The notes: a model not told the origin generated them from the letters alone. 64,000 nucleotides of DNA from an uncultured Actinomycetota bacterium (GCA_963829525.1 CAWHIJ010000003.1:832001-896000); one strand, 5' to 3'; positions 30,888-42,238 are shown, counted from the first letter of the stretch. Numbers and translations are program-made.

Positions 30888-31111
30888 TCGTTGTCTGCTG
30901 AGTCCGGTTGAGGCGTTGCGGCCTCGAGGCGGGCGCGCGCACCGTCGAGCCAGGTCTGACAGATGGTGGCGAGCTCTTCGCCGCGCTCCCAGAGGGCAAT
31001 CGAGCGCTCAAGGGTCAGCCCACCGCCCTCAAGCTGCTTGACGACATCGATCAGCTCGTCGCGGGCAGCTTCGTAGCCGATCTCGGGGGCTTGGGCCTCG
31101 GGTGTGCTCAT
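30884..31111 (-). CDS. xseB: Exodeoxyribonuclease VII small subunit
   Basis: [33 protein letters not shown]. Confidence 0.95.
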   Translation of the reverse strand: MSTPEAQAPEIGYEAARDELIDVVKQLEGGGLTLERSIALWERGEELATICQTWLDGARARLEAATPQPDSADND

Positions 31112-32316
31112 GACTCTCCATCAGTGGTAGCGGTAAAGCTGCCGCCAGCGACGCGGACGAGCAGCGCCGAGCGCGGAGCGGGCGGGGTGCGGACGACGGC
31201 GCCGTCCTCGGTCTGAACCAAGGCATAGCCACGGTCGAGGGTTGCCTGCGGTGAAAGAGCGCGCACGCGCGCCCTGGTGTGTGTGAGCTCGGTGTGGGCG
31301 TGCTCGAGCCGGCTGCTCAGCGCGCGACGGCTGCGCTGGACGAGGTCGACGACCAGCCGTTCGTGAGCTTCGACCAGTGTCACCGGCGTGGCCAGCACCG
31401 GGCGGCTACGAAGCTGATCGAGCCCGGACTGCTCGGATGCGAGCCGCGCGGCGATGGCCTCGGCCATGCGGCGTCGAGCTGCGGTGACGGCTTCGAGCTC
31501 GAAGGCGACGTCGGGCACGATCTTTCTGGCTGCGTCGGTGGGCGTGGACGCGCGGACGTCGGCGACGAGGTCGAGCAGTGGGGCATCCTGCTCGTGTCCG
31601 ATGGCGCTGACCACCGGGGTGGCGGCATTGGCCACGGCCCGGATCAGCGTCTCTTCGGAGAATGGGAGCAGGTCTTCGACCGAGCCGCCGCCGCGCGTGA
31701 TGACGATGACATCGACCGCCCTATCGGCGTCGAGCTGCTGCAGCGCTGCGGTGACCTGAGCTGCGGCGGTCGCACCCTGAACAGCAACCTCACGGGTGTA
31801 GAAGGTGACGGCCGGCCACCTGCGCTTCGCATTCTCGACGACGTCGCGTTCTGCGGCTGATGCGCGTCCGCAGATCAGGCCGACCCCGCGAGGCAGGAAG
31901 GGCAGCGGCTTCTTGCGGTCGGCGGCGAACAGCCCCTCGGCGGCGAGTGTCGACTTCAGTCGTTCGAGCCGCGCGAGCAGCTCGCCGAGGCCGACGTGGC
32001 GGATCTCTTTGGCCGAGAGTGAGAACGTCCCCCTGGCCGCATAGAACGAGGGCTTGGCAAAGATGACGATGCGATCACCGTCGGTGATCGCTGGCTCAGC
32101 GGCGTCGAGGACGCGCTTGGAGCAGGTGACCGTGACCGAGAGGTCAGCGGCGGTGTCGCGCAGCGTGAGGAAGACCATTCCGGCGCCAGGACGGCGGCTG
32201 AGCTGGGCCACCTGCCCCTCGACCCAGATGGGGCCGAGACGGTCGATCCAGCCCGCGACCGCCTGCGCCACCGTGCGAACGGCAGCGGGTTGGTCGACGG
32301 AAGTCTGCAAGGCCAC
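31108..32316 (-). CDS. xseA: Exodeoxyribonuclease VII large subunit
   Basis: [20 protein letters not shown] and TPTDAA. Confidence 0.96.
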   Translation of the reverse strand: MALQTSVDQPAAVRTVAQAVAGWIDRLGPIWVEGQVAQLSRRPGAGMVFLTLRDTAADLSVTVTCSKRVLDAAEPAITDGDRIVIFAKPSFYAARGTFSLSAKEIRHVGLGELLARLERLKSTLAAEGLFAADRKKPLPFLPRGVGLICGRASAAERDVVENAKRRWPAVTFYTREVAVQGATAAAQVTAALQQLDADRAVDVIVITRGGGSVEDLLPFSEETLIRAVANAATPVVSAIGHEQDAPLLDLVADVRASTPTDAARKIVPDVAFELEAVTAARRRMAEAIAARLASEQSGLDQLRSRPVLATPVTLVEAHERLVVDLVQRSRRALSSRLEHAHTELTHTRARVRALSPQATLDRGYALVQTEDGAVVRTPPAPRSALLVRVAGGSFTATTDGES

Positions 32317-32402
32317 GGCGCCGAGCGTACGGGGCCGGACCGACTGTGGGTGGCGGCTGGCTCCGAAAGGTGGGCGCTGCTGCCGCCGCCTACGATGGGG
32401 AC

Positions 32403-33368
32403 ATGGCTTCTCCCAAGCGCCGCGTCTTGCTTGCCGCCCCCCGTGGATACTGCGCCGGCGTCGACCGGGCGGTGATCACCGTCGAGAAGGCCCTCGAGCT
32501 GTACGGCGCTCCGGTCTACGTCCGCAAGCAGATCGTCCACAACCGGCACGTCGTCGAAGACCTTGAAAAGCGTGGAGCGATCTTTGTCGACGAGACCGAA
32601 GAGGTTCCCGAGGGCGCCTTGGTCGTCTTCTCAGCGCACGGCGTTGCGCCGACCGTCCACAAGGAAGCCGCTGAACGAAACCTGCGCACGATCGATGCGA
32701 CGTGCCCGCTGGTGACCAAGGTGCACAACGAGGCCCGTAGGTTCTCCGGCGAAGGCGTTCAGATCTTGCTCATCGGCCATGAGGGGCACGAGGAAGTGGT
32801 CGGCACCTCGGGGCAGGCGCCGGAGCACATCACGATCGTGGATGGCCCCGAGCACGCGGACGACATCTCTGTCGACGATCCCGACAAGGTGGTCTGGCTG
32901 TCGCAGACGACGCTGTCGGTGGACGAGACGATGGAAACGGTCGACCGGCTACGGGTGCGGTTCCCCAACCTGATGAGCCCGCCGAGCGACGACATCTGCT
33001 ACGCCACTCAGAACCGCCAGGCAGCCGTCAAGCTCATGGGTGGGTCGTCCGACCTGGTCATCGTTGTCGGCTCAGCCAACTCGTCGAACTCCGTCCGGCT
33101 GGTCGAGGTGGCGGTAGACGCGGGGGCCAAATCGTCGTATCGGGTCGACAACGCTGGTGAGCTCGATGAGGCTTGGCTCGACGGCGTCACAGTGGTGGGT
33201 GTGACCAGCGGCGCATCGGTTCCGGAGAGCCTGGTGAATGGGGTCCTGCAATGGTTGGCTGAGCGCGGCTTTGGAGACGTCGAGACGGTGACGGCAGCTG
33301 AGGAGTCACTGATCTTCTCGTTGCCGCAAGAGCTGCGACGTGACCTCAAGGCGGCTGGCCAGTCCTGA
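32403..33368 (+). CDS. ispH: 4-hydroxy-3-methylbut-2-enyl diphosphate reductase
   Basis: [32 protein letters not shown] and SSNS. Confidence 0.97.
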   Translation: MASPKRRVLLAAPRGYCAGVDRAVITVEKALELYGAPVYVRKQIVHNRHVVEDLEKRGAIFVDETEEVPEGALVVFSAHGVAPTVHKEAAERNLRTIDATCPLVTKVHNEARRFSGEGVQILLIGHEGHEEVVGTSGQAPEHITIVDGPEHADDISVDDPDKVVWLSQTTLSVDETMETVDRLRVRFPNLMSPPSDDICYATQNRQAAVKLMGGSSDLVIVVGSANSSNSVRLVEVAVDAGAKSSYRVDNAGELDEAWLDGVTVVGVTSGASVPESLVNGVLQWLAERGFGDVETVTAAEESLIFSLPQELRRDLKAAGQS

Positions 33369-33428
33369 CCGGTCTGATCGTCCGAGCGGGGGACCGGCAC
33401 CGTGGGAGTTGCAGCCGTCGTTTGGCGT

Positions 33429-33475
33429 ATTCCCTGCGGTTTGACCTCGATTTCGAGTCCGATAGCGCAGGTAAT
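33429..33475. terminator. Imperfect hairpin between convergent ispH and the membrane protein gene
   Basis: Outer stem CCTGCG/CGCAGG and inner CTCGA-tt-TCGAG. Confidence 0.4.
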
Positions 33476-33488
33476 CCTCCAGCGCAGC

Positions 33489-33962
33489 TCAGGCGCGCTT
33501 GGTGCGCCAGTAGCGCACCCCGACGATGGCTGCAGCAACGCCCGTAGCCACCAAAAGCGTGGGAGCCAGGGTGGTGAGGGTGGTGAGGGTCTTCATGAAC
33601 CATCCGCGGATCGTGGGCAGTTCACCGGACCAGAACGGGTTGACGGCGGCAACGAGCAGGGCGACCAGCGGTGGCATGACGACTGCGCTGCGCATCGACT
33701 TCGAGGACACTTCGGCGGCGCAGTAAGCGCTCACCAGGATGAAGGGAACTGCGAACACCCAGCCAAGCCCGCCGGTGAGCAGCTCGGCCAGGATTGACGC
33801 CACCAGCCCGATCGCACCGCCGAGCACCGCTACGCCAGTGCCGCTGAGGCCAGGGCGGGCGCTCGAGCGGACCAGCCGCCCCTGCGGCTCAGCTGGGTTG
33901 ACCCCGGGAGTGGAGCCTGGCGTCACGACATCGGGCCGATCGGTGCGTAGCGGAGTAGACAC
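33489..33962 (-). CDS. Membrane protein (DUF6542-like)
   Basis: About 4 TM segments with AVVMPPL and APTL..AT; usual position between ispH and rmuC/ychF. Confidence 0.65.
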   Translation of the reverse strand: MSTPLRTDRPDVVTPGSTPGVNPAEPQGRLVRSSARPGLSGTGVAVLGGAIGLVASILAELLTGGLGWVFAVPFILVSAYCAAEVSSKSMRSAVVMPPLVALLVAAVNPFWSGELPTIRGWFMKTLTTLTTLAPTLLVATGVAAAIVGVRYWRTKRA

Positions 33963-33998
33963 ACCACCTACCGTACGGCGTCCGGTGCGCTGCCCGGG

Positions 33999-35126
33999 TC
34001 ACCCCGCCGCGAGTGGCTGCCCGGTGTCGCCGTCGGTGCGCTGGTCCGCTGCGGCCGCAGGTTCGGTCAGCTCAGCCGCCTGAGGCAGGCGAGGGGCCAG
34101 GTCGATCGTCTCCGGCGCCTGGATCGAGTCGTCGACGACCTTCAGGTCGTGGAAGCGGCGGGCCGTCACCAGCACGCGGGACTCCAGGGACCCGATCGCC
34201 TGGTTGTACGCCTTCACGCTCGCCTCCAGCGACGACCCCATCTTGGTCAGGTGCCCCCCGAGGACTCCCAGGCGTTGGTGCAGCTCGCGTCCAGCAGCGA
34301 GTACCGCCTGTGCGTTGTCAGCGAGGGCGTCCTGACGCCAGGTGTAAGCCACAGTGCGCAGGAGTGCGACCAGGGTGTTCGGGGTGGCGATCACCACCTG
34401 CCGGGTGAAGGCGTGCTCGAGCAGTGCGGGGTCCTCGTCGAGCGCCGCGGAGAGGAAGGGTTCGGCCGGGACGAAGAGGACGACGAACTCCGGGCTGGGC
34501 GCCAGCGCTTCCCAGTACTCTCGCGAGGCGAGCTCGTCGATGTGCGCGCGCAGGTGGCGGGCGTGTGCGGCGCTTCGGATTTGGGCAGTGGCCTCGTCGG
34601 TTGCCGACGACGCCTCGAGGTACGCAGCAAAGGGAACTTTGGCGTCCACGACTACGTTCTTGCCGCCGGCCAGGTGCACGACGAGGTCAGGCCGCTGGCG
34701 GTCGTCGGATCGACCGACGGAGAGCTGTTCGCTGAAGTCGCAGTGCTCGACGAGTCCGGCCAGCTCGACGACGCGGCGCAGCTGCATCTCTCCCCAGCGG
34801 CCTCTGGTCTGGGGTGCCCGAAGTGCCTGTACGAGGGAGGACGTCTCCGTGCGGAGGAGCTGCGACGTGTCGCTCATGGCTCGCACCTGCTCCTGGATCT
34901 GGCCGTGCGACTGGAGCCGGTGGCGCTCGGTCTCCACCAGCTGCCGTTCGACCCGGTCGAGCGCCTCGTTGACAGGGCGCAGGAGCTGGTCGGCCGGGAC
35001 GGCGTCGAGCCCAGAATGAACCCCCCTGGGGGATGGGGCAGCGAAGCGCCACATCAGAAACGCACCAAGGGCAGCCCCGGCAAGCAGGCAGAGGAGAGCG
35101 AGCAGAAGTGCGGTCATCGTGTCCAT
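33999..35126 (-). CDS. rmuC: DNA recombination protein RmuC
   Basis: N-terminal TM, RGRWGEMQL, RPDLVV, VVDAKVP, FVVLFVPAE and ATPNTL. Confidence 0.93.
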   Translation of the reverse strand: MDTMTALLLALLCLLAGAALGAFLMWRFAAPSPRGVHSGLDAVPADQLLRPVNEALDRVERQLVETERHRLQSHGQIQEQVRAMSDTSQLLRTETSSLVQALRAPQTRGRWGEMQLRRVVELAGLVEHCDFSEQLSVGRSDDRQRPDLVVHLAGGKNVVVDAKVPFAAYLEASSATDEATAQIRSAAHARHLRAHIDELASREYWEALAPSPEFVVLFVPAEPFLSAALDEDPALLEHAFTRQVVIATPNTLVALLRTVAYTWRQDALADNAQAVLAAGRELHQRLGVLGGHLTKMGSSLEASVKAYNQAIGSLESRVLVTARRFHDLKVVDDSIQAPETIDLAPRLPQAAELTEPAAAADQRTDGDTGQPLAAG

Positions 35127-35160
35127 GGCCACACCATGCACGGGAGGTCTGACAGGACCA

Positions 35161-35688
35161 CTACCTGACACGCGGCCAGTCGAGCCAGGTCAGCATCTCC
35201 TCGGCGAGCGTGGGCAGTGGAGTGTCACCGGCAAGTGTCAGGTCGGCCGAGACTCGACCCAAATCCCTCGAGACCCAGTCTCGGGCGACCTGCAGGTCGT
35301 GGGCGCGTCCGCTGGTGGGTATCTGGGAGAGTCGCTGCTCGACAACCGCGATCGGGGTGTCGAGCCGGATCACTCGTAGGGGATAGCGAAGAGCCGAACG
35401 AACCTTGTGCACGTCGGCATCGTCCCTGGCGGCACCGGCCAGGAGCAGGTACTGAACGCCGGACCGCCAGTAGCGGCCTGCGACGTCCTCGAGGTTCTCC
35501 TGCTGAAGGTCGGTCTGTGGGGCCGACCCGCCGTCTTCGGGGAGCTGGTACCAGCTGAGCCAATCGAGGTCGATGGCGCCGAACGCCACGCCGAGCCGCT
35601 CATAGCCGTCGGCGATCTCCTCGACCAGGGAGGTCTTGCCGGAACCGTAGATGCCGGTGACCAGCACTGCCTCGCGCTCAGATGGCAT
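35161..35688 (-). CDS. Small P-loop kinase-like protein
   Basis: VLVTGIYGSGKTS Walker A and AIDLDWL. Confidence 0.7.
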   Translation of the reverse strand: MPSEREAVLVTGIYGSGKTSLVEEIADGYERLGVAFGAIDLDWLSWYQLPEDGGSAPQTDLQQENLEDVAGRYWRSGVQYLLLAGAARDDADVHKVRSALRYPLRVIRLDTPIAVVEQRLSQIPTSGRAHDLQVARDWVSRDLGRVSADLTLAGDTPLPTLAEEMLTWLDWPRVR

Positions 35689-35755
35689 CTGACCACTCTG
35701 ACGGTCAATCCCCGCTGGTGCCAGCGTCTTGGGCACCTCCGTACGATGGTCGCCC

Positions 35756-36829
35756 GTGGCACTCACCATCGGAATCGTCGGACTCCCCAACGTCGGAAAG
35801 TCGACGCTCTTCAACGCACTGACCAAGAACAGCGTGCTCGCGGCGAACTACCCCTTTGCGACGATCGAGCCGAATGTGGGCGTGGTTGGCGTCCCCGACC
35901 CCCGCCTTGCGATTCTGGCCGAGATCTTCGGCTCGCAGAAGATCCTCCCGGCCACCGTCTCGTTCGTCGACATCGCGGGGATCGTGCGGGGGGCGTCGGA
36001 GGGGCAGGGACTCGGCAACAAGTTCCTAGCCAACATCCGGGAAGCCGAGGCGATCTGCCAGGTGATCCGCGTGTTCACCGACCCGGACGTCGTCCACGTC
36101 GACGGCAAGGTCTCGCCCAAGGACGACATCGAGACCATCAACACCGAGCTGATCCTGGCCGACCTGCAGACCATCGAGAAGACGCTGCCGAGACTGCAGA
36201 AGGAAGCCCGCCTGACCAAGGGGGGCAACGAGGTCGTCGCTGCGGTGGAGAAGGCCAAGGAGGTCTTGGACGCCGGGCAGACAGTGTTTGCTGCCGGACT
36301 GGACCTCGAGCTGCTGCGCGAGCTCTGGCTGTTGACGGCCAAGCCCTTCATCTACGTCTTCAACCTCGATGAGGAGGAGTTCGCCAACACCGCCTTGAAG
36401 GAAGAGATGCAGGCACTGGTCGAACCGGCAGAGGCCGTCTTCCTCGACGCCAAGATCGAGGCTGAGCTGGTCGAGCTTCCCGACGACGAGGCCCTCGAAC
36501 TGTTGCAGTCCATCGGGCAGGAGGAGAGCGGACTCGACCTGCTGGCTCGGGTCGGATTCGACACCCTCGGACTGCAGACCTACCTGACTGCCGGGCCGAA
36601 GGAGGCACGCGCCTGGACGATCCGTAAGGGTGCGCCGGCGCCGGAGGCTGCGGGTGTCATCCACACCGACTTCCAGCGTGGGTTCATCAAGGCTGAGGTG
36701 GTCTCCTTCGACGACCTCGTCTCTGCGGGCTCGATGAACAGTGCGAAGGCCGCCGGGAAGGTGCGGATCGAGGGCAAGGACTACGTGATGCACGACGGGG
36801 ACGTGGTCGAGTTTCGCTTCAACGTCTGA
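35756..36829 (+). CDS. ychF: Redox-regulated ATPase YchF
   Basis: [29 protein letters not shown] and C-terminal [10 protein letters not shown]. Confidence 0.97.
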   Translation: MALTIGIVGLPNVGKSTLFNALTKNSVLAANYPFATIEPNVGVVGVPDPRLAILAEIFGSQKILPATVSFVDIAGIVRGASEGQGLGNKFLANIREAEAICQVIRVFTDPDVVHVDGKVSPKDDIETINTELILADLQTIEKTLPRLQKEARLTKGGNEVVAAVEKAKEVLDAGQTVFAAGLDLELLRELWLLTAKPFIYVFNLDEEEFANTALKEEMQALVEPAEAVFLDAKIEAELVELPDDEALELLQSIGQEESGLDLLARVGFDTLGLQTYLTAGPKEARAWTIRKGAPAPEAAGVIHTDFQRGFIKAEVVSFDDLVSAGSMNSAKAAGKVRIEGKDYVMHDGDVVEFRFNV

Positions 36830-36927
36830 CACGGGGTGGGGTGTGGCGGACTCGCAAGGTTCCACCCCAGTCCAGAGAGAGCGCGCTCCGTCAGGAAAGC
36901 CGAACCACAAGTCACGGGTAGCACTAC

Positions 36928-37035
36928 CTACGACTGCAGCCCGAGGTCGGCCTTGACCTTGGTCCACGGGATCGTCGGGGCGCCCGCCATGATCTCTGCC
37001 ATTGCCTCGTCGGCAGCTGTGAGGTCCTGAGAGTC
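36928..37035 (-). pseudogene. Remnant 3' end of a type II (Phd/YefM-like) antitoxin gene
   Basis: Minus strand reads DSQDLTAADEAMAEIMAGAPTIPWTKVKADLGLQS*, resembling antitoxin C-termini. No start codon or N-terminal DNA-binding domain is seen nearby. Confidence 0.55.
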
Positions 37036-37074
37036 AGCATCAGAAGACGAATCAAATGATGCTAGTATTGATTC
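37036..37074 (+). promoter_or_regulatory. vapBC promoter/operator with interleaved inverted repeats
   Basis: AGCATCA-N14-TGATGCT and GAATCAA-N12-TTGATTC; -10-like TAGTAT; RBS AAGGAGG at 37081. Confidence 0.6.
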
Positions 37075-37094
37075 TGATCGAAGGAGGTCTCCGG

Positions 37095-37292
37095 ATGCGT
37101 ACCACTGTCACGATCGACGACGAGCTCCTTGCCCGTGCAGCGGAGCTGACTGGCCTTACTGAACGGACGTCGTTGCTGCGGGAGGGGCTGGAGACCCTCA
37201 TTCGGGTGGAGAGCGCCAAGCGTCTTGCCGCCCTGGGGGGTAGCGACCCCGCTGCGCGAGCTCCGCGACGCGATCGAGGTACGACGCGTTGA
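37095..37292 (+). CDS. vapB: VapB antitoxin (RHH type)
   Basis: MRTTVTIDDELLARA..RLAALGGSDP; overlaps the PIN toxin start. Confidence 0.88.
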   Translation: MRTTVTIDDELLARAAELTGLTERTSLLREGLETLIRVESAKRLAALGGSDPAARAPRRDRGTTR

Positions 37293-37660
37293 TCCTGGTC
37301 GACACCTCGGTGTGGATCGATCACCTGCACAAGGCCGAATCCACACTGGACGATGTGCTCGCCCGTGATGAGGTCGTGTGCCACACCCTGGTGATCCAGG
37401 AGCTTGCCCTTGGCAGCATCAAGGATCGACGGCTGCTGCTCAACTCACTCGTCCTGCTCCGCGCATGCCCGCTGTTGACACAGGCTGAAATCCTTGGCCT
37501 CGTAGATGCCCGCCAACTGTGGGGTCGAGGTCTCAACGCCATCGACTGCCACCTTGTCGGGTCGCTCCTGTTGCTGCCGGGGACATTTCTCTGGACGCGG
37601 GACAAGCGATTGCGAACGATCTCGGGGGAGTTGGGAGTCCCACTGGTGGCGTGGCGGTGA
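37289..37660 (+). CDS. vapC: VapC PIN-domain toxin
   Basis: MILVDTSVWIDHL, QELALG, IDCHL and WTRDKRL. Confidence 0.9.
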   Translation: MILVDTSVWIDHLHKAESTLDDVLARDEVVCHTLVIQELALGSIKDRRLLLNSLVLLRACPLLTQAEILGLVDARQLWGRGLNAIDCHLVGSLLLLPGTFLWTRDKRLRTISGELGVPLVAWR

Positions 37661-37745
37661 TCTGGGGAAGAGCGACTCACTGCCAAGTCACCTCGCACGT
37701 CCGGCGGTGGATAGATGACAGGCTGGGAGTGGCGGTGCCTTCGAC

Positions 37746-38390
37746 CTATAAGCCGCCGATGCCCTTGAGGAGCAAAGCGAACCCGATCACCGTGATCACG
37801 ACCGCCATCACCCCCGCGCTGTTAGCCACCAGCCAGTCTTTGGCCTGGCCAAGCGGCACCAGCACTCGGTCACCCGCCACTGCGTAGAGCAGCGGTGGAA
37901 ACGCGACCGTGGAGGCGGCGATCAAGGTGAACAGGACGAGGTTGATCACCACCTCGCTCTGCGTAAGCTCCGTCGAACCAATGGTCAGCCCGCCAGCGGC
38001 GGCCAGCAGCAGCACCTTCGGGTTGGCTGCCGATAACAGCACCCCGAGGCGTAGCGCGCTCCGCGGTGTAGACGAGTCGATCGAGGTGATCCACGCCGGT
38101 GGCTCGGTTACGCTCCCGCGGGTCAGCCAGTGGTGTACCCCGAGGATTATCAGCACGGCCCCGAGCGCGATGCGCGTCCAGGACGCCCAGGCCGGTACCG
38201 CATCCTTGGTATCGATCACCTCAGCCAGCAGGGTGAAGGCGGTCACCGATACGGCAATTGCCGATGCCCAGCCCCCTAGAAAGGCGAGCCCATTTGTCCG
38301 GGCACGAGGAGTGAAGAGCAGCAGTACGGCGGGAATGATCGGAAACGGTGAGGCGGCAATCGCGACGGCCGAAGCGAGCCCCTCGGCCAC
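37746..38390 (-). CDS. GAP (glycolipid addressing protein/Sap) family membrane protein
   Basis: AIAASPFPII, NGLAFLGGW, ANPKV and KDWLVAN; about 6 TM segments. Confidence 0.78.
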   Translation of the reverse strand: MAEGLASAVAIAASPFPIIPAVLLLFTPRARTNGLAFLGGWASAIAVSVTAFTLLAEVIDTKDAVPAWASWTRIALGAVLIILGVHHWLTRGSVTEPPAWITSIDSSTPRSALRLGVLLSAANPKVLLLAAAGGLTIGSTELTQSEVVINLVLFTLIAASTVAFPPLLYAVAGDRVLVPLGQAKDWLVANSAGVMAVVITVIGFALLLKGIGGL

Positions 38391-38447
38391 GTTCTGCTCC
38401 CTCGTCTGGCGGAATGTATTCGGGCGTGAGGTCTCTACATTAGATCT

Positions 38448-38873
38448 ATGAACGTAGCGAGCGCGGCAGTCACCGTGGTAGCAGCTAGTGCCCTGGCGCT
38501 CGGATCGGTCGGCATGGCGTCGGCTGGCGCCAATGACCCTCACTCACACGCGATGCTCGGACGGACTGGTGAGAACGTCGACCTCGCCCCGCAGCGAACA
38601 GCCGGGCGCCTACCGAAGTTGGTGGGGATCGTCAACGACAACCGAGACATCGAGATCAGCGATCGGACGCCTGGCCCTGGTCGCTACAAAATTGTGGTGC
38701 GCGACTCGGCGGGCAGCCACAACTGGCATCTGTACGGAAACGGAAGGTCCATCTCGACGACAGTGCGTGGCACCGGACGGTGGGTGTTCAAGATCCGGCT
38801 ACCAGCGGGCAGCTACCGGGTTGTCTGCGACCCGCACAACGACGCCATGGAGTTCGACCTCATCGTCGGCTGA
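38448..38873 (+). CDS. Secreted cupredoxin (type 1 copper) protein
   Basis: Signal peptide; ligand set HNWH...YRVVCDPHNDAM (His, Cys, His, Met). Confidence 0.7.
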   Translation: MNVASAAVTVVAASALALGSVGMASAGANDPHSHAMLGRTGENVDLAPQRTAGRLPKLVGIVNDNRDIEISDRTPGPGRYKIVVRDSAGSHNWHLYGNGRSISTTVRGTGRWVFKIRLPAGSYRVVCDPHNDAMEFDLIVG

Positions 38874-38891
38874 CGCGGAGGTGGGACGCCA

Positions 38892-39176
38892 TCATGGCGT
38901 ATGGGTCTCGATGCGGTGGGCCAGCTCGATGTCGAGCTGAGTGATCCCGCCGGCCGAATGCGTCGACAGGGTCAGGTTCACCGTGCGCCACCTGATGTCG
39001 ATGTCTGGATGGTGGTTCATCTCTTCGGCGTCGATGGCGAGTGTCGCGACGGCGGCAATCGCCTCGGGGAAACTGGGGAAGTCGATACTGCGGTGCAGGC
39101 TCGTGCCGTCGCTGGACCACCCGGGCAAGTCGCTGAGCTGACGGTCGACCTCAGCAGGATCCAGGAGCCGTGTCAT
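38892..39176 (-). CDS. Pterin-4-alpha-carbinolamine dehydratase
   Basis: AEEMNHHPDIDIRW and STHSAGGITQLDI. Confidence 0.92.
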   Translation of the reverse strand: MTRLLDPAEVDRQLSDLPGWSSDGTSLHRSIDFPSFPEAIAAVATLAIDAEEMNHHPDIDIRWRTVNLTLSTHSAGGITQLDIELAHRIETHTP

Positions 39177-39556
39177 GGGTGGTGGCCTTCGCCAGCGAAG
39201 TGACGCAGCCGCGGATTATCGGGCCAAAAGCGTCGGGCGTTCTCGACCGCTTCAACGGTGGCGGTGGCACGCTCTTGCGCGTCGTAGACCCGGGCCAGCG
39301 TGACCCACGCGTCTGACCTCTCCTGGGCGCTGCGATGCCAGTTCAACGATGCGCGCGCTTCTTCGGAGGCCTGGTCGAGCCGGCCGGCCTCGAAGTGGTC
39401 GAGCGCCTCGAGTCGGGCCAGAACAGTTCCGGTGCTGGCCACCGCCTTGGCCTGCTGCATGGCATCGGCCACTTCGTCGGCTACAGCCGCGTACTCGACA
39501 TCGCCGTCTTCAACTGACCGGAGCAGAGCCCAGGCGCGGTCGGCTTGCTCGTTCAT
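39173..39556 (-). CDS. TPR-like helical protein (in frame with sdhB in this assembly)
   Basis: MNEQADRAWALL..AWVTLARVYDAQ..AVENARRFWPDNP; the start lies in a TGATG context. Confidence 0.5.
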   Translation of the reverse strand: MNEQADRAWALLRSVEDGDVEYAAVADEVADAMQQAKAVASTGTVLARLEALDHFEAGRLDQASEEARASLNWHRSAQERSDAWVTLARVYDAQERATATVEAVENARRFWPDNPRLRHFAGEGHHP

Positions 39557-40324
39557 CACCGACTTGGACTTGGAGCGGGAGCGCAGAACGCGGAAGAGTC
39601 CGAACGCCGGGTCGTACTTGCGGTCGACGACGCGCTCCTTCATCGGGATGAGCGCGTTGTCGGTGATGTGGATGTGCTCGGGGCACACCTCGGTGCAGCA
39701 CTTGGTGATGTTGCAGTAGCCGAGGCCGTGCTCCTCCTGCGCGCGAGTCGCTTGCGGTCGACGCGTGTCGAGCGGGTGCATGTCGAGCTCGGCGATGCGC
39801 ATGAGGAAGCGCGGGCCGGAGAACGTCGTCTTGTTCTCCTCGTGGTCGCGCACCACGTGGCAGACGTTCTGGCACAGGAAGCACTCGATGCACTTGCGGA
39901 ACTCCTGGCGAGCGCTCGACGTCGACCTGCGCCATCCGGTAGTCGCCGGGCTCGAGGTCCGGCGGGCGGCGCGAACGACGGGACCTCGCGGGCCTTCTCG
40001 TAGTTGAACGAGACGTCGGTGACCAGGTCGCGGATGACCGGGAAGGTGCGCAGCGGCGTGACGGTGATGGTCTCGTCCTCGGTCGAACGTGTTCATCCGC
40101 GTCATGCACATGAGCCGCGGCCGGCCGTTGATCTCGGCGCTGCACGATCCGCACTTGCCGGCCTTGCAGTTCCAGCGCACGGCGAGGTCGGGCGCCTGCG
40201 TGGCCTGCAGCCGGTGGATGATGTCGAGGACGACCTCGCCCTCGTTGACGTCGACCTCGAAGTCCTGCAGCTCGCCGCCCTCGTCGTCGCCGCGCCAGAC
40301 CCGGAACTTCGCGTTGTACCCCAT
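39556..40324 (-). CDS. sdhB: Succinate dehydrogenase/fumarate reductase iron-sulfur subunit (Sdh1-type); frameshifted
   Basis: RWNCKAGKCGSC, CIECFLCQNVC and CNITKCCTEVCPEH. Confidence 0.88.
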
Positions 40325-42238
40325 CAGTGCTCCACCCTCCGGCAGAGCGGCGAGCTCGTCCTCGGTCAGGTACTTGTTCAGCTCGTCGAGGTCGAAGAGC
40401 TCGAGCAGGTCGGTCGGCATGGTCGGGAGCGGCTGCTTGATCGACCGACACCTCGTCGCCGTCGGCGCGGCAGACCAAGTTGACCTGGCGCCATTCGCGG
40501 TCCATCGCCGGGTAGTCGTCGCGGGTGTGGCCGCCGCGGGTCTCCTCGCGCTCGAGCGCGGCACGCGCGACGCACTCGGAGACCAGCAGCATGTTGCGAG
40601 GTCGAGCGCCAGGTGCCAGCCCGGGTTGAACTGCCGGTGCCCCTCGACGGTGACGCCTGCGGCGCGGCGCCTTGAGGTCGTCGAGCTGCTCGAGCGCCTC
40701 CTCGCATCTCCTCCTCGCGTGCGGATGATGCCGACGAGGTCGTTCATCGTCTGCTGCAGCTCGGCGTGGAGGGTGTACGGGTTCTCCGCCGCCCTCGCCG
40801 GCGAACGGCGCGAGCGCCTCGTCCTGCGGCCTCGGTCGATCGTCTGCGTCGGTCGACCGCCGGGCGGCGCGTCGCCGAGCGCGTCGACGTACTCCGCGGC
40901 GCCGAGCCCGGCGCGCCGGCCGAAGACCAGCAGGTCGGAGAGCGAGTTGCCGCCGAGCCGGTTGGAGCCGTGCATGCCGCCGGAGACCTCGCCCGCGGCG
41001 AACAGGCCGGGGAGCCGCGGCTGCTCGGTGTCGGGGTCGACCTCGACGCCGCCCATGACGTAGTGGCAGGTCGGGCCGACCTCCATCGGCTCCTTGGTGA
41101 TGTCGACGTCGGCCAGCTCCTTGAACTGGTGGTACATCGACGGCAGCTTCTTGCGTGATCGTCCTCGGCCGGCAGCCGGGTCGACGACGTCGAGGAAGAC
41201 GCCGCCGTGCGGGCGATGCCGCGGCCGGCCTTGACCTCGGAGTTGATCGCGCGGGCGACCTCGTCGCGGGGGAGCAGCTCCGGTGGGCGCCGGTTGTTGT
41301 CGGGGTCGGTGTACCAGCGGTCGCCCTCCTCCTCGTCGTCGGCGTACTTGCGCCTTGAACACGTCGGGGATGTAGTCGAACATGAACCGCTTGCCCTCGG
41401 AGTTCTGAGGACGCCGCCGTCGCCACGCACCGACTCGGTGACGAGGATGCCCTTGACCGACGGCGGCCAGACCATGCCGGTCGGGTGGAACTGGATGAAC
41501 TCCATGTTGATCAGTGGTCGCGCCGGCGCGCAGCGCCAGCGCGTGGCCGTCGCCGGTGTACTCCCACGAGTTCGCTGGTGACCTTGAAGATCTTGCCGAT
41601 GCCGCCGGTGGCGAGCACGACGGCGGGCGCCTCGAAGAGCGACGAAGTCGCCGGTCTCGCGCCAGTAGCCGAAGGCGCCGGCGATCCGGTCGCCGTCCTT
41701 GAGCAGCTCGGTGATGTGACACTCGGCGAAGACCTTGATGCCGCGCCTCGTAGTCGCCGAGCTCGCGCGTAGTCCTCCTGCTGCAGCGAGACGATCTTCT
41801 GCTGCAGGGTGCGGATCAGCTCCAGGCCGGTGCGGTCGCCGACGTGGGCGAGGCGCGGGTACTCGTGGCCGCCGAAGTTGCGCTGGCTGATCTTGCCGTC
41901 CGGGGTGCGGTCGAACAGCGCGCCGTAGGTCTCCAGCTCCCAGACCCGCTGCGGGCGCCTCCTTGGCGTGCAGCTCGGCCATCCGCCAGTGGTTGAGGAA
42001 CTTGCCGCCGCGCATGGTGTCGCGGAAGTGCACCTGCCAGTTGTCCTTGGAGTTGACGTTGCCCATGGCCGCCGCGATGCCGCCCTCGGCCATGACGGTG
42101 TGCGCCTTGCCGAACAGCGACTTGCAGATGATGGCGATGCGCTTGCCCTGCTGCGCGCGCCTCGATGGCGGCGCGCAGCCCGGCGCCGCCGGCGCCGATC
42201 ACGACGACGTCGTAGGAGTGCCGTTCGAGGTCGGTCAT
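40324..42238 (-). CDS. sdhA: Succinate dehydrogenase/fumarate reductase flavoprotein subunit; many frameshifts
   Basis: Fragments across frames: VVIGAGGAGLRAA, AHTVMAEGG, MEFIQFHPTG, TESVRGDGG, PRDEVARAI, CHYVMGG, HGSNRLGGNSL and REETRGGHTR. Confidence 0.88.

Noticed and set aside
33429-33475. Hairpin as a fourth copy of the 40-bp element
   Set aside because: It lacks the GCTGG..TA..CCC..CTnACAC consensus and is more likely a terminator between convergent genes.
39173-41722. 849-aa ORF suggesting an SdhA-SdhB-TPR fusion
   Set aside because: It runs through the indel-dense block, and both junctions contain TGATG stop/start overlaps, so single-base errors explain the fusion best.
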